DNA from: Candidatus Marsarchaeota G1 archaeon BE_D
Lineage (GTDB): Archaea > Thermoproteota > Thermoprotei_A > Marsarchaeales > Marsarchaeaceae
NCBI GenBank assembly: GCA_003019595.1
Contig: NEXD01000002.1
Coordinates: 13,137-77,136 of the forward strand
Reading direction: 5' to 3'
DNA: 64,000 nucleotides
In this document: positions 19,356 through 29,373 of the stretch, in pieces
Numbering within the stretch: the stretch's first letter is position 1
Layout: every line of letters starts with the position of its first letter
Program-made: the position numbers and the translations under genes
Notes under the pieces: model-generated
What the model was told of the DNA's origin: nothing
The model's database searches: none
What the model saw: only the letters and a program-made list of their open reading frames with translations

Positions 19356-20408
19356 TCACCAGTCTCTTCTTGCTGCATAATTTGCAAGTTCTATAAGTCT
19401 AGATTTAGCTTCTGAAGGATCAAATTTAGATAGGCTTTCTATTGCTTTGTTTGCATAGTTTAAAGCAAGAAATTCACATGTCTTATGTATATTCAACTTC
19501 TTCATATAACTTACAGCTTCATCCAATTCATTTTGCGAAGCATTATCCTTGCCAAGCACTTTTAATAAAGGACTGTCCTTTTCGCTGTTTTGTAAAGCTA
19601 GCAATATAGGCGCGGTCTTTTTCCCACGTTTTATATCGTTTCCAACTGGCTTGCCAGTCATTTTTTGTTCACCGAAAACACCGAGAAAATCGTCTCTGAT
19701 CTGAAACGCTAACCCCAAATTCAAACCATAATTTGCGAGGCAGATGAGACTTTCTTGGTTTATTGGCGTTACTGTTAACGCCCCAATTACCGCTGAAGCT
19801 TCATAAAGCGTAGCGGTTTTTAACGAAATCATTCTCAAATATTCTTCTAGTGATATTGTACTTTTGCTTTCAAAACTAATGTCCAAGTATTGTCCTTCGT
19901 CAATTTTAATAGAGGCTTCGACCAGCTTTTCAACTATTCCCTTGTTTCCACTCAATTTTTCAGCTTTTGAGGCACACTCAAAAGCCTTTGAAAAAAGGAG
20001 GTCGCCCGCTAATATTGCCACCGTTTCACCAAATTTCACATGTGTAGTCGGATGTCCACGTCGCAATGTATCCTTATCCATTATGTCATCATGAACAAGT
20101 GTGAAATTGTGTAACAATTCAACAGCAGTTGCAGCATAATACGTTGATTCATTTGCACCGCCAAACATGCCTGCCGTTTTTATGACTAAGTAAGGTCTCA
20201 TTCTTTTTCCGCCTAGTAACGGAAGATACGCCGCCGCTTCATAAAGTGCCATGGGTTCGCCCTTTAACACTTCCCTTATTTTTTGTTCTATTGGAAAAGT
20301 TGTCACTTTTATTTCTTGAAGTAAATCACCATTTTCAGATATGTGAATGCTCACTCTTGGTTCACCAAAATTATTTTTTACCATTATTTTAGCTTGTTTG
20401 AATTCCAT
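19356..20408 (-). CDS. geranylgeranyl diphosphate synthase; start uncertain
   Basis: GGKRMRP, HDDIMD..RRG, FQIRDD. Confidence 0.93.
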   Translation of the reverse strand: MEFKQAKIMVKNNFGEPRVSIHISENGDLLQEIKVTTFPIEQKIREVLKGEPMALYEAAAYLPLLGGKRMRPYLVIKTAGMFGGANESTYYAATAVELLHNFTLVHDDIMDKDTLRRGHPTTHVKFGETVAILAGDLLFSKAFECASKAEKLSGNKGIVEKLVEASIKIDEGQYLDISFESKSTISLEEYLRMISLKTATLYEASAVIGALTVTPINQESLICLANYGLNLGLAFQIRDDFLGVFGEQKMTGKPVGNDIKRGKKTAPILLALQNSEKDSPLLKVLGKDNASQNELDEAVSYMKKLNIHKTCEFLALNYANKAIESLSKFDPSEAKSRLIELANYAARRDW

Positions 20409-21186
20409 GGTTTCTCCATACTATTTTAGAGCATTTTACTTCTTCGTTAAGTATCGCTTTCTTAAGCAAACCGGGTTTTGTGGCATTTAATATTAGCGTA
20501 TTCACGCCGGCTTTTGCTGCTAATAAAGCTTGTTCAACCTTATTCTTTATACCACCAGTGGCATCTTTTGTGATTGACTTAAAGTTTGTGTATTGATCAA
20601 CTACTTCAATAAGGTTCTTGCTTTTATAGTCTTTATAAACTCCGTCTACAGCTGTGGCAAAAATCAATGTTTCTGCTTTAAGTTGAATTGCGAGCTGAGA
20701 AGCAAGCTGGTCACCTGAAATTATTGTAAAACCTGTTTTTTGATCTAGCACAACATCGCCATAAGTCACAGGAGTAAAACCTTCAGAGATCGCTCTTTCA
20801 AAAATTTGCCAAAAAGGTTTTTTAATTCTTTTGTCCAAAACAAATGAATGGGGAGGGAAACTAATTGGCGCAAAACCATTCTTGAGCATTTCCTCTAGCA
20901 CGACTTTGTTAAGCTCTAACATGCTTAACATTGTTTCGGATGCACCTTTGTTATTTGAGATCGGTTTACCGAATTGCACTTTGTTTTTTAAAGCAACTGA
21001 ATGACCAAAACTTCCTCCTCCGTGTATCACTACTAAATTCTTTCTTGTTTCTGCCATTTCCGCTATAACTCTTTCAAGATTATGCGTATTAACTCCTCTA
21101 GCACTTTTGTGTTTGTATGTTATCACACTACCTCCAAGTTTTACTACTACAACGTTTTTCATCAAAGCCACACAAATATTCGCCAA
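20389..21186 (-). CDS. isopentenyl phosphate kinase; start uncertain
   Basis: KLGGSVIT, HGGGSFGH, SGD, DATGGI. Confidence 0.93.
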   Translation of the reverse strand: MANICVALMKNVVVVKLGGSVITYKHKSARGVNTHNLERVIAEMAETRKNLVVIHGGGSFGHSVALKNKVQFGKPISNNKGASETMLSMLELNKVVLEEMLKNGFAPISFPPHSFVLDKRIKKPFWQIFERAISEGFTPVTYGDVVLDQKTGFTIISGDQLASQLAIQLKAETLIFATAVDGVYKDYKSKNLIEVVDQYTNFKSITKDATGGIKNKVEQALLAAKAGVNTLILNATKPGLLKKAILNEEVKCSKIVWRNHGIQTS

Positions 21187-21905
21187 CTAGGGATATAAGC
21201 GCATCCCAAAGCCCCATCATTATAAAGTTTTAATGAATGCTCTTGTAAGAGAGACAAAAAGGCTGGGTCGCCTGAACTAGCTTGAACAAGGCAACCAAAT
21301 ATGTTCAAACATTCCGCCAGTGATTTTGTCATTCTTTTTCTTAAAAACTCAGAGCAACGCACGGTAAGTCTACCAACAGAATGTGCAATAACATCATTTA
21401 CATAGCTATCCAATTTATTCTGCTTAAACGCGCCAAAATCTGCAGTCTGTGCTTTAAGAATACTTAAACCTTTTTTGTAAATCACCACTGGGTCTTCAAA
21501 TCCCTTAAATGCTACGCTAAAGCCTGTATATCCCGCATAGGCCAAAGGAAAGATCTTTGTATACTCTTTACCAAGGATACTTCTCATATCATTCGCAAAA
21601 ACCGATGCAGATTTTCCCCTGCCGTAAGCAATACCAAGAGCTGCTGCACACCATAGGGCCAATTGTTGAAACTCAAATAGATTGATTTGAGGTTTTATAA
21701 AGTCAAAAAACATTATTTCCTTTCCAGCTTTTTCAAAAATTTTTTTGACAATTTTACTTATTTTTTCGTTTGTAAAACTCGCTTCTTTTTTATAAAATAC
21801 CCCAACTCTTTTATTTGGCACTACTATGCATGGCTGCGTAGGATATACTATGGGGTCTCCTATCAAAGGTAGAGCTGTTTTTACGTAGAAAATCTCTTTT
21901 GTCAT
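21162..21905 (-). CDS. degenerate GHMP-fold (mevalonate kinase-like) protein
   Basis: Occupies the mvk position; residual LIGD..VY and GALG motifs; ATP-binding loop absent. Confidence 0.55.
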   Translation of the reverse strand: MTKEIFYVKTALPLIGDPIVYPTQPCIVVPNKRVGVFYKKEASFTNEKISKIVKKIFEKAGKEIMFFDFIKPQINLFEFQQLALWCAAALGIAYGRGKSASVFANDMRSILGKEYTKIFPLAYAGYTGFSVAFKGFEDPVVIYKKGLSILKAQTADFGAFKQNKLDSYVNDVIAHSVGRLTVRCSEFLRKRMTKSLAECLNIFGCLVQASSGDPAFLSLLQEHSLKLYNDGALGCAYIPSWRIFVWL

Positions 21906-22732
21906 CGTACGAAAAATACAACTGAAGCATACCCAACTACACTGTCGTAATTACCTGTGGCATCACCACTAGTGCTATACTTTAACATTTTTGCTTCGAC
22001 TTTACCCAATTTTTTAAGACAATTTATTACACTTATTATTGGACCTAGACCACAAGCGTTTACTCCAAGCTCGTCAGCCACTTTTATCACTTCTTTTTCG
22101 TCTAATCTAAGAATGGCTTGAATAACTTGTAAATCATTACTCATCGCCACTTTTTGTGGCTCATAATGGGTAAAATCCGAACTAGCAAGCAAAGCAACGT
22201 TTTTGCCATTTACTGCGGCGCTTAATGATTCACCTAATTTAATCATCTTTTTAAGTGATTGGTCTAATACACACACGGGTACTATTTTAACCTCTGGGCC
22301 AAAGGTATAATAAATAAAGGGCAACTGAACCTCAATTGAATGCTCAAATTCATGCGCTTCGTAAGTGAACTCAGGAAAATCCTTTAACAAAATTCGTGAC
22401 ACTTCTTCGTCAATCTTTAATGAACCTAATGGGGTTTCCCATTCTCCCTCATACCAAACGCTTACATCCGAACCATAACCAGTATGGTTAGGACCAACGA
22501 TCACAACCGTTTCTGGTTTCTTGTAGGCCCTAATTGTGGCATATGTATAAGACGCCACACTACCCGAATATGTATAGCCTGCGTGCGGAACAATTCCGCC
22601 TATTGGTTTCTTTTCATTACCAAACTCAGGGAGATTACCAAAACCTTTACTGAAGCATCTGTTAAGCTCTTCTAGAAGCAAACCAGGACTTTTAGGATAA
22701 AAACCATCTGCAACCGCAACTTTTCGAATCAA
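21902..22732 (-). CDS. MEMO1/AmmeMemoRadiSam protein B
   Basis: PHAGYTYSG, GPNHTG, EHSIEVQLPF, SSDFTHY. Confidence 0.95.
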   Translation of the reverse strand: MIRKVAVADGFYPKSPGLLLEELNRCFSKGFGNLPEFGNEKKPIGGIVPHAGYTYSGSVASYTYATIRAYKKPETVVIVGPNHTGYGSDVSVWYEGEWETPLGSLKIDEEVSRILLKDFPEFTYEAHEFEHSIEVQLPFIYYTFGPEVKIVPVCVLDQSLKKMIKLGESLSAAVNGKNVALLASSDFTHYEPQKVAMSNDLQVIQAILRLDEKEVIKVADELGVNACGLGPIISVINCLKKLGKVEAKMLKYSTSGDATGNYDSVVGYASVVFFVR

Positions 22733-22747
22733 TTGTGTTCGCCAGAA

Positions 22748-23350
22748 TCACATTTTTTCGAATTCATCTGGCTTAACCGTCCATTCTGTATCGAGAGGAA
22801 TTTCTCCTCTTAGCTTTAGAATTTCACGAGCTAAAAGCCAGTACACTAGTGCCAAGGATTTTCTACCACGATTATTCGCGGGTATAACAAGGTCCACATA
22901 CTCCACTGGAGAGTCCGTGTCGCAAATTGCAACTACTGGAATTCCCATTTCTGCAGCTTCTAAAACTGGTTGAGCCTCGTTTAAAGGATCAGATATAAGA
23001 ACCGCATCTGGTTCAATGTATGTTGGAAGTGATGGATTAGTAAAAGTGCCTGCCACAAAACTTTCGATTATAGCTTTATATCTTGTATGGGCAGCAAATT
23101 TTAAAACTGGTGCATGAGCGTTTCTTCGCAAACCGACGCACACAACTTTTTCAGGTTCAAATTGAAAGAGAAATCTAGCGCCAAGCCTTATTCTTTCGTC
23201 TATTTTAGATATATTTAACAAGTACACTCCATCGCTCTGAATTCCTTGTATAAATCTGTGCATTAGTTTTGCCTTTCTATTAGTTCCTAGATTTACATTA
23301 GCGTTTTTGTAAACATCTTCTCCTATCAAAAGTTGTGTCAATTCACTCAA
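22748..23350 (-). CDS. rps2: ribosomal protein uS2
   Basis: [17 protein letters not shown]. Confidence 0.97.
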   Translation of the reverse strand: MSELTQLLIGEDVYKNANVNLGTNRKAKLMHRFIQGIQSDGVYLLNISKIDERIRLGARFLFQFEPEKVVCVGLRRNAHAPVLKFAAHTRYKAIIESFVAGTFTNPSLPTYIEPDAVLISDPLNEAQPVLEAAEMGIPVVAICDTDSPVEYVDLVIPANNRGRKSLALVYWLLAREILKLRGEIPLDTEWTVKPDEFEKM

Positions 23351-23577
23351 TTCTGCGCACTCTCCTGTGTTTTCATCGCAGAAAATACAGTTATGTCGTC
23401 AATCAACTCAACATGCGAAATAAACATACGCCTACAACAATATCTTTTAATTCCCATAGAATCCAAGACATCTTTCGGCCTTTCTCCTTTTGAAACACGT
23501 GAATAATATTCTTCCCAGTAGTGTGCTAAAACTTTTCCGCAAGTAAAACATCTTACTGGAAACATCATTTTTATCAC
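23347..23577 (-). CDS. rpoN: RNA polymerase subunit Rpo10 (N)
   Basis: [15 protein letters not shown]. Confidence 0.98.
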   Translation of the reverse strand: MIKMMFPVRCFTCGKVLAHYWEEYYSRVSKGERPKDVLDSMGIKRYCCRRMFISHVELIDDITVFSAMKTQESAQN

Positions 23578-23993
23578 CTATACGACTTTTGGAACCTTCT
23601 TCTTGCGCCTGGTCCACCAAACTTTTTCGGCTCTTTACGTCTTGGATCACCACTAAGAATTGTTCTGTCATAGTCCATAAGTAGTCTTTTTATTTCTTCA
23701 GAACCAGTAAATTTGACCAACGCTCTTCCTATTGCGATTCTACATGCATCAGCCTGTCCCATAAAACCTCCACCAGAAACTTTTACGAAAATATCCACTT
23801 TATGTCTTAAAGTTTCTGGAATGACATTAAGCGGTTCCAAAATCCGTTCTCTTACTTGCTCGATTGGAATTGTTTCAAGCGGTCGTCCATTTATGAATAC
23901 TCTTCCTATGCCAGGGCGGATTAACGCCTTAGCTATAGCAGTTTTTCTTTTTCCAGTAACAATTACGTCGACCATCTTTAAACACCCTTCCAA
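23574..23993 (-). CDS. rps9: ribosomal protein uS9
   Basis: [13 protein letters not shown]. Confidence 0.98.
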   Translation of the reverse strand: MEGCLKMVDVIVTGKRKTAIAKALIRPGIGRVFINGRPLETIPIEQVRERILEPLNVIPETLRHKVDIFVKVSGGGFMGQADACRIAIGRALVKFTGSEEIKRLLMDYDRTILSGDPRRKEPKKFGGPGARRRFQKSYR

Positions 23994-24424
23994 CCAAAAC
24001 GTTTTGCGATTGTCTCAAGAGTGTAAAAGCCCTTAGTGGCGTTAACGCGAGCAACGTCAACAGATTCAAAGCGCTGATTGACAAGTTCAGCTGGTACTCC
24101 AATATAAACTTTTAGTCTCGAAAGAGCACTTTTTCCTTTAGCCTTTCTATAGGGTAACATTCTTTTTACTACGCTTCTAAAATATTTATCTGGTCTAACA
24201 TATCTTTTTGGGGAGTGTCTAAATGGGTTTATCACCGATTTTATTTCATACCTGTGTTCCCATTCTCGCACAATAGATAGCCAATTGCCTTTTATCACCG
24301 CTTTTTCAACGTTTACTATAATAATCGTTTCACCATTAAGCAAGCGTTTGGCTACTTGTGAGGCAAGTCTACCAAGCACTAAACCGTTTGCGTCTATTAT
24401 TGTTTTTTTAATTTGTTCACTCAT
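23978..24424 (-). CDS. rpl13: ribosomal protein uL13
   Basis: LGRLASQVAK, MLPY. Confidence 0.97.
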   Translation of the reverse strand: MSEQIKKTIIDANGLVLGRLASQVAKRLLNGETIIIVNVEKAVIKGNWLSIVREWEHRYEIKSVINPFRHSPKRYVRPDKYFRSVVKRMLPYRKAKGKSALSRLKVYIGVPAELVNQRFESVDVARVNATKGFYTLETIAKRFGWKGV

Positions 24425-24777
24425 TTTAGAATCACCAAACCTGAGCCACTCGGGTTAACTCTTACAACTTCGCTTAGTGGAAGCGCTCTTCCTCCAGCTT
24501 GTACTATCTTTTTTTGTGCGCTTTTAGAAAAAGAAAGAGCTGCAATTGTAATTGGTGAATTTATCGTACCAGCTCCTAATACCCTACCTGGGACAACAAC
24601 TATGGAATCTGGTTTGGCATATCTTGCAATTTTTGAAAGATTAACTTCGTGAACTAATCTTCTTGATTTGTTTACTTCTTTAAACACGGCTTTCCAAAAA
24701 GCGCTTCCTTTTGCCGCTTTTTTTATGCGTCTAATTTCCATTCTTAGAAACAGATTGGTTGGACCCGTTCTTTTCAC
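24421..24777 (-). CDS. rpl18e: ribosomal protein eL18
   Basis: VNLSKI, VVPGRVLGAG. Confidence 0.97.
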   Translation of the reverse strand: MKRTGPTNLFLRMEIRRIKKAAKGSAFWKAVFKEVNKSRRLVHEVNLSKIARYAKPDSIVVVPGRVLGAGTINSPITIAALSFSKSAQKKIVQAGGRALPLSEVVRVNPSGSGLVILK

Positions 24778-25606
24778 TTATAATTTCCTCCTTTTTTTCT
24801 AATAAGCTCACAAGTATCTCAAGTTTACGAATTAGTATTAGTGCGGCTGTTTTAAGTATTACCTTCGGTGGTAAAGAGCCAGTCGATTCTATTGTCATTC
24901 TAACAATGGATTCATCCCATGAAATTTTGGTGGCACCAGTTTTGCAATCTTTTTCACAAGCTCTACAAAGAATGCACTCCCATGCATCTGTAAATCTCAA
25001 AACGCCATCTTTGTATTCAAGACATTGTTTAGGACAAACATTAACATGCTCCTCACAATTGAATTCTTTGCTCTTATCAAAAATCAAAACTGGTTTAAAG
25101 CTGTAACTCACTGGACTTACTGGACTGAATTTCGCATGTTGTTTTCCTATACCGTATCTTGCAAATGCTTGCAATTCTACAATTTGTCCTACTCCTAGCT
25201 TAAAAAGGGGAATGTTCTTTTCCACAACTTCTATCTCTTCAGCCCCCAAACTCTTTAAGTCGCTAGAATAAATCGTAAGAGATTTTCCCGCTTGTGGTGG
25301 ACATTCCGCTCTTAGTTGTAGATCAGACCTGTATTCTGGGATTAAGCCGTTTTGTATATCAATAGACAAGTTGGCAAGGAACTCTGGGTCAGGGTTGGTT
25401 TTTAGTGGCAAAAGTCCTAGTCTGTGCGCTATGTATTCATTATAAAGCGAAGATGTGTTTTCTGTAAATAAAACCTCATCTATAGCGAGTGTTGGAACTT
25501 CGGCTATCATTGTTCTTCTTAAAGCGTTTACTATTTCTTTTGGAAAACCTGAGATTTCTAATTTTAAAAAGTGTTCGTTTTCTTCTATAATCTTTATTTC
25601 GGCCAA
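24731..25606 (-). CDS. rpoD: RNA polymerase subunit Rpo3 (D) with ferredoxin-like Cys cluster
   Basis: NALRR, AHRLGL, HAKF, CILCRAC. Confidence 0.97.
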   Translation of the reverse strand: MAEIKIIEENEHFLKLEISGFPKEIVNALRRTMIAEVPTLAIDEVLFTENTSSLYNEYIAHRLGLLPLKTNPDPEFLANLSIDIQNGLIPEYRSDLQLRAECPPQAGKSLTIYSSDLKSLGAEEIEVVEKNIPLFKLGVGQIVELQAFARYGIGKQHAKFSPVSPVSYSFKPVLIFDKSKEFNCEEHVNVCPKQCLEYKDGVLRFTDAWECILCRACEKDCKTGATKISWDESIVRMTIESTGSLPPKVILKTAALILIRKLEILVSLLEKKEEIISEKNGSNQSVSKNGN

Positions 25607-25611
25607 TTTAT

Positions 25612-26010
25612 CTACACTCTCCTACCTCTTCTTCCTCCAGGTCGCCTTGTAGAATCCGTTGGTAGTGGTGTGACGTCTGTTATTTTGCCAATCACAAAAC
25701 CAGCTCGCGATAACGTCCTTATTGCTGATTGGGCGCCTGGTCCTGGAGTCTTTGGTCCATGACCACCAGGAGCGCGCACATAAATCACTAATGCGTTTAT
25801 ACCCTTAGCCATTGCTGCTTGAGCCGCTTGTGATGCTGAAAGCATTGCGGCATAAGGAGAAGCTTTCTCCCTATCTGCTTTGACAACTCTACCACCAGAA
25901 CTTATGCCCACAGTTTCTGCGCCAGAAAGATCTGTAATATGCACAATTGTGTTGTTATACGAACTATAAATATGTGCTAATCCCCAATTCAAATCCAGCA
26001 TTGATGACAT
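25612..26010 (-). CDS. rps11: ribosomal protein uS11
   Basis: [18 protein letters not shown]. Confidence 0.98.
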   Translation of the reverse strand: MSSMLDLNWGLAHIYSSYNNTIVHITDLSGAETVGISSGGRVVKADREKASPYAAMLSASQAAQAAMAKGINALVIYVRAPGGHGPKTPGPGAQSAIRTLSRAGFVIGKITDVTPLPTDSTRRPGGRRGRRV

Positions 26011-26016
26011 TCAATA

Positions 26017-26550
26017 TCAACCCTGTGTGTTTGAAGGTGTCTGCAACTTCTGTTGGTATACTTTGTAAAATGGGCTCGTTACCCTTATTTTAATTCGACT
26101 TTCTTCGTCGGCTTTTACAAAATATCCTGGAACATCTACTACGCGATCATCAATGGTTATGTGTCTGTGCACAACCATTTGTCTTGCAGCATGGATTGTG
26201 GGAGCGTAGCCCTTTCTGAATACTATTGTTTGTAACCGTCTTTCGAGCACGTCTTTTGCGGTAAGAGAAAGAATGCTATCAGCGGTTGCGTTTTCGTATT
26301 TAATTAAGCCCAAGCGATATAATCTTTGCACAAGCTCTTTTTCTACTTTAGCCCGCTCAGCTTCAGGCAGGCCTAGAATTTTTCTTGCCATTTTACGATA
26401 CCTTCTTGCAATTGTTTGAGCCTTGTACAACTCACGTTTGTTTCGAAGACCGTATTCACCTATTAACTTAAGCGCTTCGCGTAAATCTGTCGCACGCCAA
26501 GGTTTTTTTGGGCCTTCCCATGTCTTTTTTAAGCGGCGAGGGTCTCCCAA
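26017..26550 (-). CDS. rps4: ribosomal protein uS4 (TTG start after GGTGA)
   Basis: GDPRR, YGLRNKRE, ERRLQT. Confidence 0.97.
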   Translation of the reverse strand: MGDPRRLKKTWEGPKKPWRATDLREALKLIGEYGLRNKRELYKAQTIARRYRKMARKILGLPEAERAKVEKELVQRLYRLGLIKYENATADSILSLTAKDVLERRLQTIVFRKGYAPTIHAARQMVVHRHITIDDRVVDVPGYFVKADEESRIKIRVTSPFYKVYQQKLQTPSNTQG

Positions 26551-26557
26551 TTTAATA

Positions 26558-27031
26558 TCACCCTTCCTTCTTTTGTTGGGTTGCCACGCCCTTTCTCTTA
26601 ACACCAACTGTTTGGCCTAGTCGACCTGTAGTTCTAGTGCGCTGACCCCTAACTTTAAGGCCAAGAGAATGACGAATACCTTTCCAACTTCTTATTTTCA
26701 TCATCGTTTCTACATCTTTTCTAATTGCCATAAGTAAGTCTGGGCCTATCAAATGTATTGATTGGCCGAGATAAGGATCTCTTTGTCTATTAAACATCCA
26801 AGCTGGTATACCAAACTTCTCTGGATTTCTAATCGCTTGCTCAATTTTTGATATTTCTTCTTCGTTAAGCTGTCCGATGGGTGTGTCAGGATCGATGTTG
26901 GTTGCCCTTAATACTGCATTAGAGAAAGATCTACCTATTCCTCTTACACGGGGTAGCGCATAACCAGTCTTAATGTTTCCAGGCAAATCAACTCCGGCAA
27001 TTCTTACTACCGCCTTAAAGCTTTCAGACAA
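26558..27031 (-). CDS. rps13: ribosomal protein uS13 (probable TTG start)
   Basis: GLKVRGQRTRTTGR. Confidence 0.97.
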   Translation of the reverse strand: MSESFKAVVRIAGVDLPGNIKTGYALPRVRGIGRSFSNAVLRATNIDPDTPIGQLNEEEISKIEQAIRNPEKFGIPAWMFNRQRDPYLGQSIHLIGPDLLMAIRKDVETMMKIRSWKGIRHSLGLKVRGQRTRTTGRLGQTVGVKRKGVATQQKKEG

Positions 27032-27098
27032 TCTTTCTACCACCGTTTTGCATTGTGAACTGCTATGCAATACTATATAAGTTTGTCTTTTCTCACTG

Positions 27099-27183
27099 CG
27101 CCGGGGGCGGGATTTGAACCCGCGCGGCCTTTTAGGCCACGGGCTCTCCAGGCCCGCTCCCTTCCAGGCTAGGAGACCCCGGC
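27099..27183 (-). tRNA. tRNA-Ser(GGA)
   Basis: Acceptor GCCGGGG/CCCCGGC, anticodon loop CUGGAGA, long variable arm, UUCAAAU T-loop. Confidence 0.96.
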
Positions 27184-27219
27184 GTAAAAAAGATTAACAC
27201 TTCGAGTTTTTTAAGGTTT

Positions 27220-28192
27220 TTAATCTTGCTTAATAGGATCAAGCACCCTTACTGGTACAGCAACAATTCCACTTTTTGAGTTGAGAATGTCATTTATTCC
27301 TTTTTTGGCTTTGGCTATTTCGATTAGATCCCCTTTTTGTGAATAAACTAACACTTCTTTGTTCCTCTCTAAGTTCTTACTTGCACACAGCACACCTGGC
27401 ATCGTAAGCGCAGCGCCTTTATACAAATTGGTTGCCGCAGATTCTCGTACAATTATTACTGGTAAATCATTAATCGCCCTTTCTACTGGCACAAAGTATT
27501 TGTACAGCTTATCTTCATCGCCTTGTGTTTTATATAAATGCAACGCATACGCTAACTGATTAAGCGTAACTGCGTCTTCTTCAGTAAATGAACCGCTTTT
27601 TGTTCTTCTCAATTCCACCATGCTTGCGCCTACACCCAGCGCTTCACCTATATCAAAACAAAGCTTTCTGATATAAGTACCCGCATCCGTCAAAGCTCTA
27701 AAAAGAACATATCTACCTTTAATTTCAATAATCTTTAACTCGTATATCCTTCTTTTTCTTATTTGTCTTTTTACTGCGGCTTTTTGCGGTGGCGTTTGAA
27801 AAATTTCGGCTTCGAATTCGCTGAACACTTTCTTTAAATCTTCTAGTTTGACTTCTGCGTGTAACTTAAGAATTCCAACATATTCTTTGCGTGTGTTCAT
27901 TATCCAGTGAAGAATTCTGTTTGCCACATTAAAAGAAATCGTAAGAACTCCACTCACGAGGGGATGTCACCGCTTTTTTAAACTCTAGTGTCCCCCCATG
28001 ACCTACTTTTTTTGCGCCCACCATTTTGGCCACCCAAGCAGTAACTTCATGACTGCTAGGTCCACGTGGCTTATCAATGTTAATTAAGCTCCGTTCGATT
28101 AATTGCGAAAAGCTTGGATACAAATCTCTGACATTTATTTTAGTCAGAGTCACGTCGCTCAGTTTGACTAATTCATTTAGTTCGTTAAGCAT
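27220..28192 (-). CDS. cbf5: H/ACA pseudouridine synthase Cbf5, two exons (28192-27985, 27965-27220), 317 aa after splicing
   Basis: KPRGPSSHEV; spliced GHGGTLDPLVSGVL; AGTYIRKLC; PUA domain. Confidence 0.96.
27966..27984 (-). other. 19-nt BHB intron in cbf5 pre-mRNA
   Basis: GGGGA-CACU-AG^A-GUUU-AAAA-AAGC-GGUG-AC^A-UCCCC; excision creates the catalytic Asp codon GAU. Confidence 0.95.
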
Positions 28193-28194
28193 TC

Positions 28195-28752
28195 TTATTT
28201 GCGTAATGTGTTTTCACCTCTTAAGAAAAGTAGTGAACCTTTCACAGCCATTACAATAAGATCAAGCATAGGTTTTAACTCCCATTTCGATGTGTCCAAA
28301 ACTAAATCAAAATTATTTAGGCAATCCAAATTGTAACCATAAATTTCTCTATAACGCATTTTTTCGCTCATTTCTCGTATGCGTGTTTGTTCCAAAGCTT
28401 TTAAAAAAGGAATGGATTCGCGCATAGCTATTCTTTGAGCTCTAATAGTTAGTGGAGCGTTAAGATAAATCTTAAGGTCTGCCTGAGGTACGACCCATCC
28501 AGTGATATGACCTTCAAGAACAACGTTTCCCTTCTTGGCCTCTTCTAAGGTTATACTATCTACTTCTTTATCGATTGTGTGATCTTTTTCTGCGATAAGG
28601 CTTAATTGCAAAAGGTCTAATCCCTTATCAGCGGCTAATTTTCTAAAAATTTGACCAGCAGAAACATGTCTTAATCCTAGTTCATTTGCAAGCCTTATTG
28701 CAACCGTGGATTTACCACTACCCGGTGGACCACTGACTGTTATGACCACCAT
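28195..28752 (-). CDS. cmk: cytidylate kinase
   Basis: SGPPGSGKST, SAGQIFR. Confidence 0.95.
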   Translation of the reverse strand: MVVITVSGPPGSGKSTVAIRLANELGLRHVSAGQIFRKLAADKGLDLLQLSLIAEKDHTIDKEVDSITLEEAKKGNVVLEGHITGWVVPQADLKIYLNAPLTIRAQRIAMRESIPFLKALEQTRIREMSEKMRYREIYGYNLDCLNNFDLVLDTSKWELKPMLDLIVMAVKGSLLFLRGENTLRK

Positions 28753-28766
28753 GAAAACTAGTTTAT

Positions 28767-29369
28767 TTAAGAACTGAAAAGTTTAACGATTTCTTTTGCT
28801 GCAAAAGATGGGTCCCCTTCTATATTTTGAACTATAACTACTGCTGCGCCCACAAGAACAGCGGACGCTATTGCGGCTGCACGTATAAGCTCCATAAAGG
28901 TGCGTATCTCTTCAATCGATGATTGATCCTTTCGTTCCCTTAATTTATCCAAATTTCTTCGCATAAAAATAACATCTGGAGGCGCTTCGAGAATAACGAT
29001 TATATCGGGCGCCAAAGATTCAACTACCCATTTAGGAAGGCCTGGCCATGCCCCGCTAGGTGTAGGAATTAGCACATGCGTGTCAACAATTATATTTTTT
29101 TCCTTTGCTTTAAGAGAAAGATTTTGTGCTGCTTCTTTTTGTAACAACAGCTGTCTTTCTAAAGGTAATTTTCTAATTTGATCTCGATTTTGCACCCATC
29201 CACGTTGAGATGCTATCGAAAACATTTCATCTCCGTAATTCACCACCTCTATCTCTTTTGTCAGTTGTTTTACGCTGTTTAACACTGTAGTCTTCCCTAC
29301 ACCGTTTATACCGGCCACAACGATTAGCTTGCCCTTTCTTGATAGTTTTACTTCATCCACGCTCATCAC
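28767..29369 (-). CDS. adkA: adenylate kinase (archaeal type)
   Basis: GINGVGKTT, RDQIRKL, DTH, PGLP. Confidence 0.95.
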   Translation of the reverse strand: MMSVDEVKLSRKGKLIVVAGINGVGKTTVLNSVKQLTKEIEVVNYGDEMFSIASQRGWVQNRDQIRKLPLERQLLLQKEAAQNLSLKAKEKNIIVDTHVLIPTPSGAWPGLPKWVVESLAPDIIVILEAPPDVIFMRRNLDKLRERKDQSSIEEIRTFMELIRAAAIASAVLVGAAVVIVQNIEGDPSFAAKEIVKLFSS

Positions 29370-29373
29370 AACG

